Assembly: GCA_050014195.1 (NCBI GenBank)
Contig: JBEKDT010000002.1
Coordinates: forward strand, 128,001-192,000
Length of the DNA stretch: 64,000 nt
Source of the DNA: Desulfomonilia bacterium
GTDB lineage: Bacteria; Desulfobacterota; Desulfomonilia; UBA1062
Direction: 5' to 3'
Both the position numbers and the translations under genes were made by a program. A model generated the notes under the pieces. That model had not been told where the DNA came from. It saw nothing but the letters and a program-made list of their open reading frames with translations, and searched no databases. Positions 28,900 through 37,771 of this stretch are shown in pieces. Each line of letters starts with the position of its first letter. Position 1 is the stretch's first letter.

Positions 28900-28928
28900 A
28901 GTATAAGCATCATGAAGCCTATTTGCAA
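28900..28928 (-). promoter_or_regulatory. sigma70-like promoter
   Basis: TTGCAA-N17-TATACT on the minus strand, 5 nt from ATG 28894. Confidence 0.55.
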
Positions 28929-29011
28929 GTGTTAATTCAATATAATCATATTGAACATAAAACGTTATGATGTTACCGTTATGTGTATCTCATCCTGAAG
29001 GAGGAACTGAT

Positions 29012-29746
29012 ATGAGGAGAGTTCTTAACTTGGCACTATGTCTTTGTGTATTTTCCCTATTACCACTGGCCCTGCTCGCTGAAGACTTCATGGCCGAGGG
29101 TAATGCACTCTTAGATAAGGGTAAGACGAGCTATGAGAGCTACAAACAGGCAGGTGACATGTTTGTAAAGGCCCTTGAGGCAGCCCCCAATAACTATGAG
29201 GCAGCCTGGAAGGCGTCTCGCTCATACAGGGAGTTTGCCAACGAATCCGAGAAACATAACACCCCAAACTGGAAGGCCACCTGTAAAGAATATGGCAAGA
29301 TGGGCATGAAATATGGTGAGAAGGCCATAGCACTCAATCCAAACGGTGTTGAGGGTAATTTCTGGTATGGGTGTTCAGTAGGTAATTATTCTGATAGCGT
29401 GAGCGTTCTTACAGCCTTAAAAGAAGGCCTGAAAAACAAGACCCAGAACAGCTTCGAAAAATCCTACCAGATTAATAAGATGTACACGGATGGCGGCCCC
29501 ATGAAGGCCTTGGGCCGCTTCTGGTTCGTCCTGCCCTGGCCCATGCAAGACAAAAAACTCTCGGTGAAGTATCTCAGGGAATTCCAGAAATCCTTCCCTA
29601 ACGACCCTGAGGGACAGGTGTTCTTGGCCGAGACCCTCATGAAAACCGGCGATAAAGACGAGGCTAAATCACTGCTTCAGAAGGCATCAATTTCCAACGA
29701 CAAGTACTTTGCCGATTGGGCGAAACGGCTTCTTGCAGAAATGTAA
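29012..29746 (+). CDS. Exported TPR-like helical repeat protein
   Basis: Signal peptide and repeats such as KALEAAPNNYEAAW and KAIALNPNGVEG; AGGAGG RBS. Confidence 0.8.
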   Translation: MRRVLNLALCLCVFSLLPLALLAEDFMAEGNALLDKGKTSYESYKQAGDMFVKALEAAPNNYEAAWKASRSYREFANESEKHNTPNWKATCKEYGKMGMKYGEKAIALNPNGVEGNFWYGCSVGNYSDSVSVLTALKEGLKNKTQNSFEKSYQINKMYTDGGPMKALGRFWFVLPWPMQDKKLSVKYLREFQKSFPNDPEGQVFLAETLMKTGDKDEAKSLLQKASISNDKYFADWAKRLLAEM

Positions 29747-29769
29747 CAGTGCCTTTGAAAATATAAGAT

Positions 29770-29807
29770 AAGGGCGCCCCTCTTACATGAGGGAGCGCCC
29801 TTTTTTT
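29770..29807 (+). terminator. Rho-independent terminator
   Basis: AGGGCGC-CCCTC..GAGGG-AGCGCCCT followed by a T run. Confidence 0.85.
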
Positions 29808-29824
29808 CATATGGCCGGTATCAG

Positions 29825-30190
29825 TTATAGGTCAGTATCAAAAGCCGATCTGCTCAGGGCAAGAAGTGATGCCTGGTCGAGCTTCCTCATAGTGCTGATG
29901 AGCTTTTTAATCTCTCGGTTGTCCTGATCCACGAACTCGATGCCCATCCCCTTCTCGGGCTCACAGCGGACTACCTTACCTTCCACATCAATGACCCTTC
30001 CCACGTCAACCGCATCCAGGGTCATGCGTATGATATCGCCGCGTTCCAGGGTATGAGGAGTTTCAACGTATACACCTCCGATGCTGATGTTTCTCACCGT
30101 GCCCTTCAGAACTTTTCTGTTAGAGTCCTGGTACCTGGCCTCGATCTTCAAAGGTTTCCTGGTATACTGCCTTTTGTCTTTTACTTTCAT
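29825..30190 (-). CDS. PilZ-domain (c-di-GMP receptor) protein
   Basis: RQYTR (RxxxR), NISIGG (D/NxSxxG) and GMGIEF. Confidence 0.9.
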   Translation of the reverse strand: MKVKDKRQYTRKPLKIEARYQDSNRKVLKGTVRNISIGGVYVETPHTLERGDIIRMTLDAVDVGRVIDVEGKVVRCEPEKGMGIEFVDQDNREIKKLISTMRKLDQASLLALSRSAFDTDL

Positions 30191-30227
30191 GCGTACACCT
30201 TTACCTGAATTCTATCATCACTTATGC

Positions 30228-30255
30228 TATTCGTCAGAACCCTTCCCATTCTTTA
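30228..30255 (-). promoter_or_regulatory. sigma28-like promoter of the PilZ gene
   Basis: TAAAG-N15-GACGAATA. Confidence 0.5.
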
Positions 30256-30409
30256 ACAACATTTATTTATAAAAGAGTGACTAATGCAGTTTTTTCTCAT
30301 TTCTAAAATCTGCTGGATTCGGATCTCTCATGATCCTACAGCCCTTGACTCTGTTGGAATTGGACATACCATCTAGATTAGTACCAGATCACCCACGGGG
30401 GACAATGCC

Positions 30410-30865
30410 ATGAAAGTCAAAGATATCATGACAAGCAAGGTAATAGCACTGACAAAAGATATGGGTATTGTAGATGCTGCCAAGATCCTCATGGACAACC
30501 ACATCAACGGCGCCCCGGTACTGGATAAAAAGGGGAAGCTTGTGGGTATCCTCTGCAGGGATGATCTTATATCTCAGCAGAAAAAGCTGCCCCTGCCTTC
30601 TTTCTTTATCATACTTGACGGCATTATCCCCCTCATCTCTTCCAAGCACGTAGAAAGAGAGATGGCTAAGATTGCGGCTACAAATGTGGAACATGCAATG
30701 TCTATCAAGCCCGTCACCGTAACCCCCGATACCGACATAGAGGTAGTTGCAAGTCTCATGGTGGATAAAAAGATCCATACCATCCCGGTCATTGATTCAA
30801 ACGGCATCCTAGCGGGCGTTGTTGGGAAGGAAGATGTATTGAAAACCCTGATCCCCAAAAAATAG
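30410..30865 (+). CDS. CBS-pair domain protein
   Basis: VKDIMT, PVLD..GKLVGI and IPVID..GVVGKEDV. Confidence 0.92.
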   Translation: MKVKDIMTSKVIALTKDMGIVDAAKILMDNHINGAPVLDKKGKLVGILCRDDLISQQKKLPLPSFFIILDGIIPLISSKHVEREMAKIAATNVEHAMSIKPVTVTPDTDIEVVASLMVDKKIHTIPVIDSNGILAGVVGKEDVLKTLIPKK

Positions 30866-30898
30866 ACGCCAGGCATCAATCGCCGGGTGTCTTAAGAA

Positions 30899-32344
30899 TC
30901 ATGCCCCTTCAACATAATCCCCATAGGCACTGTCGCTCCGCCTGAGACGTTTCTCAAAGTCCGTTCTTTGTTGTGCCGCCTCCTTCATGAGATGATATCC
31001 ATATTGTCTGTGAGAGACTTCAAGGGCTCTTACCGCTTCTTCAGGAGATACGAATAACGGTATTTTGTACTTGTTCCGGTAGAGAATAGTCTTTTCTGCT
31101 GCATTGGGAGTGTAGATGGCTGCAGGCTTGCCGTATTCATGGCACTTCTTCACAAGCTCCATGATGGCCTCGATGACCATTGGGTGCCACAGGCTGGGCA
31201 CAGGAAGGAGCCCGTCAACCTCTTCAGACGACAGGAGGATATCGAAGATCTCCAGAAAGGTTTGCATGGACAGCGCAGGTCCGAGATCTATCGGATTCGA
31301 AACATTAAAAATCCGGCCGGTCCTTGAAAGACGCTCCTGGGTTTCAGGAGACAGCTTGGCCATCTCAAGGCCTGCCTGGACGAGCAGGTCTGCCGTAATC
31401 CCGCCGAAGGCCCCGGAGTTTGTAAACATGGCAATCCTCTTGCCCTTCAAGGGCGGCATGTGGGTAAATATTTTGGGCAGTGAATGCAGCTCGGAAATGG
31501 AATCGACCCGGATGACACCTGATTGTTTGCAGGCATTCTCGAAGATAAGATCATTGTTCGCCATACCTGCGGTGTGCGACTGGGCAGCACGGACACCCTC
31601 GGTGGTCCTGCCCACCTTGAAGGCGAGTATGGGTTTGTGGACTTTTTTCGCAATCTCCATGAATTTACGGCCATCCTTGATATTCTCCAGGTACATGCAG
31701 ATGACTTTGGTCTTTTCATCGGTGTTGAGGTATTCGATCATGTCCGCCTCATCGATATCGCTCTTGTTGCCGATACTCACGACCTTTGCAGCCTTGACCA
31801 CCTCACTCATAAAGGACTCCAGCACGATCACCACAATCCCGCCGCTCTGGATAATATACGATATCTCACCGCTTTCCTGGATAAAGGTATCGAAGTTGTC
31901 CTTCTGTACACCGTAGAAGCAGCAGAACTTATTTTCGGTATTGAGCACACCCAGACAGTTGGGTCCCATAATGCGCATGCCGTAAGCACGCCTGATCTTA
32001 TCGATCTCTTGTTGGAGGGTCTTGCCCATTTCTCCGCCCTCGGAGAACCCGGAGCTCTCGATGACGATCCGCTTGATCCCTCTCTCACCGCACTGCTTAA
32101 CGAAACCCGGTACCACCTTGGCCGGGGCAATTACAATGGCAAGGTCCACATCGCCTGGGATATCCGTAACATCGGTGTACCCGGGGCATCCATACACTTC
32201 TTCTCCCTTGCGGTTTACTGCATAGACAGCACCTTGAAACGGTGAGAAATCATGGAGAGATCTGCAGATTGTTGCCCCGAGATTGAATGGTGAATTGGAT
32301 GCCCCGATCACTACAACAGACGAGGGATTAAAAAACCTATTCAT
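30899..32344 (-). CDS. ADP-forming acyl-CoA synthetase alpha-type subunit (CoA-binding)
   Basis: FFNPSSVVVIGAS, GPNCLG, QSGG, SHTA phospho-His and NPIDL; no ATP-grasp domain. Confidence 0.88.
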   Translation of the reverse strand: MNRFFNPSSVVVIGASNSPFNLGATICRSLHDFSPFQGAVYAVNRKGEEVYGCPGYTDVTDIPGDVDLAIVIAPAKVVPGFVKQCGERGIKRIVIESSGFSEGGEMGKTLQQEIDKIRRAYGMRIMGPNCLGVLNTENKFCCFYGVQKDNFDTFIQESGEISYIIQSGGIVVIVLESFMSEVVKAAKVVSIGNKSDIDEADMIEYLNTDEKTKVICMYLENIKDGRKFMEIAKKVHKPILAFKVGRTTEGVRAAQSHTAGMANNDLIFENACKQSGVIRVDSISELHSLPKIFTHMPPLKGKRIAMFTNSGAFGGITADLLVQAGLEMAKLSPETQERLSRTGRIFNVSNPIDLGPALSMQTFLEIFDILLSSEEVDGLLPVPSLWHPMVIEAIMELVKKCHEYGKPAAIYTPNAAEKTILYRNKYKIPLFVSPEEAVRALEVSHRQYGYHLMKEAAQQRTDFEKRLRRSDSAYGDYVEGA

Positions 32345-32414
32345 GGATGCGCCTCCTGTGGTTGTTTATGAGTTATGACCTTATACAGATTATTTGATCA
32401 GATAATTTAAGCTG

Positions 32415-32933
32415 TTATGGTTCTCCTTTTCTCCTTTTTAGTTCAATTGTATACCTTTCTTTAAGCATCTGAATCATATCCACGATAGTGGAATAGATGA
32501 ACCTCCCGTCATCATCACTTAGATCCTCAACCTCGGGGCGTATCTGTTCGAGGTCCTCAAGCTGCTCATCTAACGAGCTGATCTCCCGCTCGAACTGCTT
32601 GAACATCTCATCCCGCTGCAAGAAGCGAAAGAAAAAGGCCCTGGTGAGGAAATCCAGCTGATAGTCGATAGGTACCGGTGGATCAGAAAGAGATTGATAA
32701 AATTTTTTCCTGCCCCTTTCGGTTAAGGAATAGACATGCATGTTGGGCTTACCCGTTTGAATAACCACATCCTTTTGTACAAGCCCCCCTGCCTCGAGCT
32801 TTCGCAGCGCCGGATAAATCTGGTTAAGACTTAAGTTGTAGGCCATCATGAGCTTGCCCGTGATGTTCTTGATCTTATATCCGCTCTTTGGGCCGGACAT
32901 GAGCAAGCCAAGGATTACTTGATCGGTATCCAT
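32415..32933 (-). CDS. PadR-family transcriptional regulator
   Basis: ILGLL..SGY.IK, QIYPALRKLE, YSLTERGR and a PadR C-terminal helix. Confidence 0.9.
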   Translation of the reverse strand: MDTDQVILGLLMSGPKSGYKIKNITGKLMMAYNLSLNQIYPALRKLEAGGLVQKDVVIQTGKPNMHVYSLTERGRKKFYQSLSDPPVPIDYQLDFLTRAFFFRFLQRDEMFKQFEREISSLDEQLEDLEQIRPEVEDLSDDDGRFIYSTIVDMIQMLKERYTIELKRRKGEP

Positions 32934-33152
32934 GCATGGCACCTGATGCTATTTTCTCTGAAGATAATTTCTGCCACCATATTGTATAATAAAACATCAT
33001 AGTCTTAATCAGTTGTCAACACATTCTCTGTCAGTATGAGATCGGATTGTAAGACTATCTCAATTATCAGAAAGGTATTATGCTTTCCCCGAACATGACG
33101 AAAAGAATATTATCAACGAAGACTCCGCATCTGTGAGACTTCTCCATAGAAG

Positions 33153-33187
33153 ACCGGGCAGCAAAGTGCTGCCCGGTTTCGTTTTTA
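33153..33187. terminator. Intrinsic terminator hairpin, possibly bidirectional
   Basis: ACCGGGCAGCA-AAG-TGCTGCCCGGT, an 11-bp perfect stem, with T-rich flanks. Confidence 0.75.
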
Positions 33188-33238
33188 TGTCAATCTTTTC
33201 GAGGTATAAAATTTAATCTTGTCCAAGGGAATAGTCCC

Positions 33239-34285
33239 TTATGAGATTCGCTGCGCCAGAGTTGTTATATCCCTGATGAATTCGTGAATATCCTCATCTG
33301 TGGTGTCCCACGAGCACATGAGCCTCACCCCACCCTCGCCGATAAAGGTGTAGAAGCGCCACCCCATCTCATGGAGACCGTCTATAACAGATGAACGCAT
33401 CTTCACAAAGACCGAGTTGGCTTCAACCGGGAACATAATCTCTATTCCTCGGATTTGTTTAAGCTCTTCGTGAAGGAGTCGGGCACAGCGGTTTGCATGC
33501 TCGGCATTTTTTAGCCAGATCTCATCACGTAAGAGCCCAATCCACGGGGCTGAGAGAAACCGCATTTTACTGGCAAGCTGGCCTGCCTGTTTGCACCGGT
33601 AATCGAATTCCCGGGCAAGCTCCTTTTCAAAAAAAATGACGGCCTCCCCTGCGGCAATCCCATTCTTTACCCCTCCGAAGCAGAGCACATCCACACCTGC
33701 TTTCCAGGTGATCTCCTTCGGTGCAACCTTCAAGGTAGCCAGGGCATTGGCAAGCCGCGCGCCGTCCATGTGGAGACGCAATCCCAGGCTTGATGCAAGC
33801 CCACCCAGGGCTTTAAGCTGATCCGCCGTATACACGGTGCCCACCTCGGTGGCCTGGGTGATGCTGATGACCTTCGGTTTGGGATAATGGATGTCGGTTC
33901 TCTTCAGGGCGACCTCTTCCACTTCTTTGGGTGATAACTTGCCATTATCTCCTCCTGCCAGGAGGATCTTGGTGCCGTTTGAAAAGAATTCAGGCGCCCC
34001 GCACTCATCGGTCTCGATATGTGCATGCCTTTGACAGATGATACTATGGTACGACTGGCAGAGCGATGCAAGGGCAAGCGAGTTGGCTGCGGTTCCGTTG
34101 AAAACGAAGAACACATCGCAATCTGTCTCAAAAAAATCTCTAATCAAGTTGCAGGCCTGTGCAGTATATTCATCCTCACCATAGGGAATACAGTGACCTG
34201 TATTCGCTCGCGCAAGGGTTTCAAAGGCCTCAGGACAGATACCCGAGTAATTGTCACTCGCAAACTGCCGTCTCATTTTCCTCAT
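33239..34285 (-). CDS. ltaE: Low-specificity L-threonine aldolase
   Basis: FASDN, NGTAAN, HIETDECGAPE, HMDGAR and FGGVKNG (PLP Lys). Confidence 0.92.
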   Translation of the reverse strand: MRKMRRQFASDNYSGICPEAFETLARANTGHCIPYGEDEYTAQACNLIRDFFETDCDVFFVFNGTAANSLALASLCQSYHSIICQRHAHIETDECGAPEFFSNGTKILLAGGDNGKLSPKEVEEVALKRTDIHYPKPKVISITQATEVGTVYTADQLKALGGLASSLGLRLHMDGARLANALATLKVAPKEITWKAGVDVLCFGGVKNGIAAGEAVIFFEKELAREFDYRCKQAGQLASKMRFLSAPWIGLLRDEIWLKNAEHANRCARLLHEELKQIRGIEIMFPVEANSVFVKMRSSVIDGLHEMGWRFYTFIGEGGVRLMCSWDTTDEDIHEFIRDITTLAQRIS

Positions 34286-34306
34286 GGATCTTCCCCTTAC
34301 CTTCTT

Positions 34307-35797
34307 TCAGTTTGCGGCCAGGGAGCTCCTGTACTCAGAATATTTTGAAACATGGCTCAGGGCCCTGAAGGCATACCCGAGATCGCTGAACACCGGGATG
34401 CCTTTCTCGAGAAAGACCTGCCTGGCTTCCCTGATGAGATCCGTTATATCGAGTGAATCCAGGCCCTGCTTGAACTCAGGCATCACAAGAATCACGGGTT
34501 TGCCGGTGGAGTCCGCAGCATCTCTCATGGCATTGCTGAGCTCCTGATACGGGGTAATCTGCTTCATCGAGTCTATTCCCAATCCCATGGCAACGGCCTT
34601 GTAGTGGTGCACAAGCTGGATGAGTACCTGGACATCCACCCGAGGGTCGCTGCCGGACTGGAGGAACACATGCCGGTATGCATCCGGGCCCACCAAGGGG
34701 TTTGCGGCGTCAATCGGGTTTCTTGCACTGGATCCGGGCCTGGGAAGCACTTCCAGGATCTTCTCGCTCAAGGAATCATCGAATGTGGGCAGATTGACCC
34801 CGAACCGTTCGGCCATATCACCGGCGCTTACACCTAAGGCTCCGCCGCCTCCGGCGACACTGATGCCCTGGTATTTCATTATGGGAAGCATGGAAAATGC
34901 AAGACACGTCTGGGCAAGCTCCCACAGATCCACCACTTGAATGGCCCCGGCCTGGCGCAGTGCAGATTCCCAGATTACCTTACTGCCCCCCATGGATGCC
35001 GTATGGCTGGCAACAGCCCTGCCTCCTGCTTCTGACAGGCCGCCTTTATTGATGATTACGGGCTTCGTGGCTGCCACCTGTTTGAGGACCCTGAGGAACT
35101 CCCTGCCGTCCTTTACACCCTCCATGTACATGGCAATGACTCTTGTCTCGGGGTCCTTACCGAAGTACTCCAGGAGCTCTGTCTCTCTCAAGTCTGCCCC
35201 GTTGCCGAAGCTGACGACTTTTGAAAATCTCACCCCCATCCACTTGCCGATATGGGCAAAATCTATGGACATGCCTCCGCTCTGGGATATAAAGGCGACA
35301 TGCCCGCTTTCACGGGAGAGGTCCGGGCCTGGCAGCAGAGTCAGGCCGCTTGCCGGGCAATAGATGCCGAAACAGTTAGGCCCGATCACCCTGATCCCTT
35401 TGGAAGCAATCTCCTTAATCTCTTGTTCCAGGCCGGCACCCTCCGGAGTGCCGGCCTCAGAAAAGCCTGCAGAAAGGATCTCGGCGCCTGCAATACCCAT
35501 GATCCTGCAATTTTCCAAGGTCAGCGGAACATGCCCCGCTGGCACGGCGATAATTGCGAAGTCGACCTGTCCCGGTATCTCATCGAGACTCCGGTAGATC
35601 TTGGAGCCATTGATCTGGCCGCCATTCGGATTAACCGGATAGAGCTCGCCTGCAAAACCTATGGCGTTAAGGGCGCTCAGGATGCCGCTGCCAAAACCTG
35701 TGCCCTTGGGAGATACCCCGATGATGGCCACGCCTCTGGGATGGAAGATGCGATCAAACGCTTCATTGTTGTCTGCTTGTTCAATAGTACTTTTCAT
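34307..35797 (-). CDS. ADP-forming acyl-CoA synthetase alpha-type subunit (CoA-binding)
   Basis: IFHPRGVAIIGVS, GPNCFG, SQSGG, SHTA and NPID; no ATP-grasp domain. Confidence 0.88.
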   Translation of the reverse strand: MKSTIEQADNNEAFDRIFHPRGVAIIGVSPKGTGFGSGILSALNAIGFAGELYPVNPNGGQINGSKIYRSLDEIPGQVDFAIIAVPAGHVPLTLENCRIMGIAGAEILSAGFSEAGTPEGAGLEQEIKEIASKGIRVIGPNCFGIYCPASGLTLLPGPDLSRESGHVAFISQSGGMSIDFAHIGKWMGVRFSKVVSFGNGADLRETELLEYFGKDPETRVIAMYMEGVKDGREFLRVLKQVAATKPVIINKGGLSEAGGRAVASHTASMGGSKVIWESALRQAGAIQVVDLWELAQTCLAFSMLPIMKYQGISVAGGGGALGVSAGDMAERFGVNLPTFDDSLSEKILEVLPRPGSSARNPIDAANPLVGPDAYRHVFLQSGSDPRVDVQVLIQLVHHYKAVAMGLGIDSMKQITPYQELSNAMRDAADSTGKPVILVMPEFKQGLDSLDITDLIREARQVFLEKGIPVFSDLGYAFRALSHVSKYSEYRSSLAAN

Positions 35798-35963
35798 GGT
35801 GACCCCTCGCTTAGACATGATGACTCATGGACCTCTCAATATCATTCTTTCTGTTTCCCGGGAATTTGTCAATCCTGACAGGATGGAACAAGGATATCTT
35901 TACAGGTCAGTCCGGCAACATTATACTAGTCACGGTACACTCATGAAAGAGCGGTAGGGGGCT

Positions 35964-36899
35964 ATGCCCAAAGAAAACACCCATCTTCATTTTGCATATG
36001 GTCTGCTTGAAGAGTTCCGGGGGCAGGACATCCTGAAGGATGTCTCTGAACATATCCGGCAGTATCTTTTGGGCTCCATCATCCCGGATACATGCTATTA
36101 TGGCGTCAGCGCTTCTCTTAGGCGCATCTCCGAGACATTTCACGGCAAGGACGGAAACCCTACCAACACCACCATCGTGCAGGTGCTCGACCATACACAG
36201 GACCTGAAGGATCTAGCTTTCATATGTGGGTATATCTCACATTGTGCCCTGGACATCACCTTTCACCCGGTCATCTACTATCTCTCGGGTAATTACTATG
36301 ATAAATCCCCTGAAAAGAGGACCCATGCCGTCTACCTTCACCGACACCTTGAAACCTGCCTCGATATCGACATTCAGAACACCATGCAGCTTCACAGGCT
36401 CATCAGGACAGTATATCTGAAAGGACTCATCTTTGAAGATATCATCTCACATGAATTCCAGGTATCAATAAAGGGCATAAGAAATTCTCTGAGAAGACAG
36501 ATCGTCTATAACATGCTGTTCACGAGCATGGCGGCTTATCGCCTTGCCAAGGTATGCTCACGTGTCGGTCTGTTCAAAGATTCCTCACAACTCGGACTCT
36601 TCTATGGGGATGCAGAACAGGGTGAGCGTTTGCCATCCGTGATCGAAGTAGCCGATCTCGTGGACGGCCATGAACGGTCCACGACGCTTAGCAATCTTTT
36701 TCAAGATGCCCGTACATTAGCCAAGGCCATGATAGAAGCTGCGTTCGGCTATTGGAATAAAAGATTAAGCCTTGCCGAAATGCTCCAGGTCATACCAGGC
36801 TTGAGTCTTGACACGGGCAAGCTCGGAATAAGCGCTTCAAGTGTTCACTACACCAGGGAAGGTGTTATGAATGTAATGGGGCAATCTTCGATATTATGA
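35964..36899 (+). CDS. Zinc-dependent phospholipase C family protein
   Basis: N-terminal MP..TH, LGS..PD, GYISHCALD..HP and HRHLE. Confidence 0.75.
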   Translation: MPKENTHLHFAYGLLEEFRGQDILKDVSEHIRQYLLGSIIPDTCYYGVSASLRRISETFHGKDGNPTNTTIVQVLDHTQDLKDLAFICGYISHCALDITFHPVIYYLSGNYYDKSPEKRTHAVYLHRHLETCLDIDIQNTMQLHRLIRTVYLKGLIFEDIISHEFQVSIKGIRNSLRRQIVYNMLFTSMAAYRLAKVCSRVGLFKDSSQLGLFYGDAEQGERLPSVIEVADLVDGHERSTTLSNLFQDARTLAKAMIEAAFGYWNKRLSLAEMLQVIPGLSLDTGKLGISASSVHYTREGVMNVMGQSSIL

Positions 36900-36927
36900 A
36901 ATTCGCTGATTCTCCGAAAGGTTTTCC

Positions 36928-37134
36928 ATGGCGTTTGTGCGGATGAAAGGTGTTGAAGGTCTGGTATATGTCCCAGAGGATAATGGGGGCTCGAAGAAAC
37001 ATTCATGTGATGACTGTTATTACTGCCAATGGTGCAGCGATAACAGATGTGAGCTGTGCCTCGAAACGAAACCCTGCAACAAGACCAAATGCCCTACAGG
37101 GATTATTTCACTTAAGGATGTCAAACGGGGTTAA
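36928..37134 (+). CDS. Small Cys-rich protein
   Basis: 68 aa with HSCDDCYYCQWCSDNRCELC; AAAGG RBS. Confidence 0.6.
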   Translation: MAFVRMKGVEGLVYVPEDNGGSKKHSCDDCYYCQWCSDNRCELCLETKPCNKTKCPTGIISLKDVKRG

Positions 37135-37174
37135 ATCATCTAAAATCAGTTATCTTATCCCGCTATTTCCAACA

Positions 37175-37711
37175 TTAGATATTCGCCGCCATTGTCGCGG
37201 TTGATGGAACATCACTCAAGTGCTCTCCATAATGGGTAAACTTGATAGTTTTATCCGGGGCAACAATAAAAACAGCGGGAAGCTGTGTCTCTTTACCTTC
37301 GAATTTCCCGTGCTTGTACCCCTGAAGGGTTGCCTTGATAGCCATAATCAGACCTGCCGGATGCATATATCTGAGGATACTGCCAGGCTCCACATGATAC
37401 AGCTTAAAAAGATCACCCTTTGGATCGCAAATGATGGTAAACGGCCAGTCTTCTTTCTTGGTGGCTGATGCGACCGTTTCGGGAGAGCTTTGAATGATGA
37501 CAAAAAGCACTGCCTTTTTTTGTTCAATGAGATTGATCTCGCGCTTCAGATTTGCCATATCGATCTGGCAGATAGGACAACCAAGGTAACGGAGAAAGAC
37601 CAGAACCGCCGGGTTACCGTTCATTGCTTCATAAAAACCTCTCTCACCTTCCCATGGTGTTTTGAATAGAAAGTCAGGGGCCTTGTCGCCGACTTTAAGT
37701 TTTGCATTCAT
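37175..37711 (-). CDS. Peroxiredoxin-like AhpC/TSA family protein
   Basis: GDKAPDF, FLRYLGCPIC, CDP and QLPAVF; AGGAGG RBS. Confidence 0.88.
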   Translation of the reverse strand: MNAKLKVGDKAPDFLFKTPWEGERGFYEAMNGNPAVLVFLRYLGCPICQIDMANLKREINLIEQKKAVLFVIIQSSPETVASATKKEDWPFTIICDPKGDLFKLYHVEPGSILRYMHPAGLIMAIKATLQGYKHGKFEGKETQLPAVFIVAPDKTIKFTHYGEHLSDVPSTATMAANI

Positions 37712-37771
37712 CTTAATATCCTCCTGGTATCTTCTCTCCGTATCAGCCCTTATGGTACCTGCAGGTAACTC

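Noticed and set aside
37175-37711. Selenocysteine recoding in redox genes
   Set aside because: The Prx-like, Nfu and disulfide reductase motifs use ordinary Cys codons, and I saw no in-frame TGA breaks.
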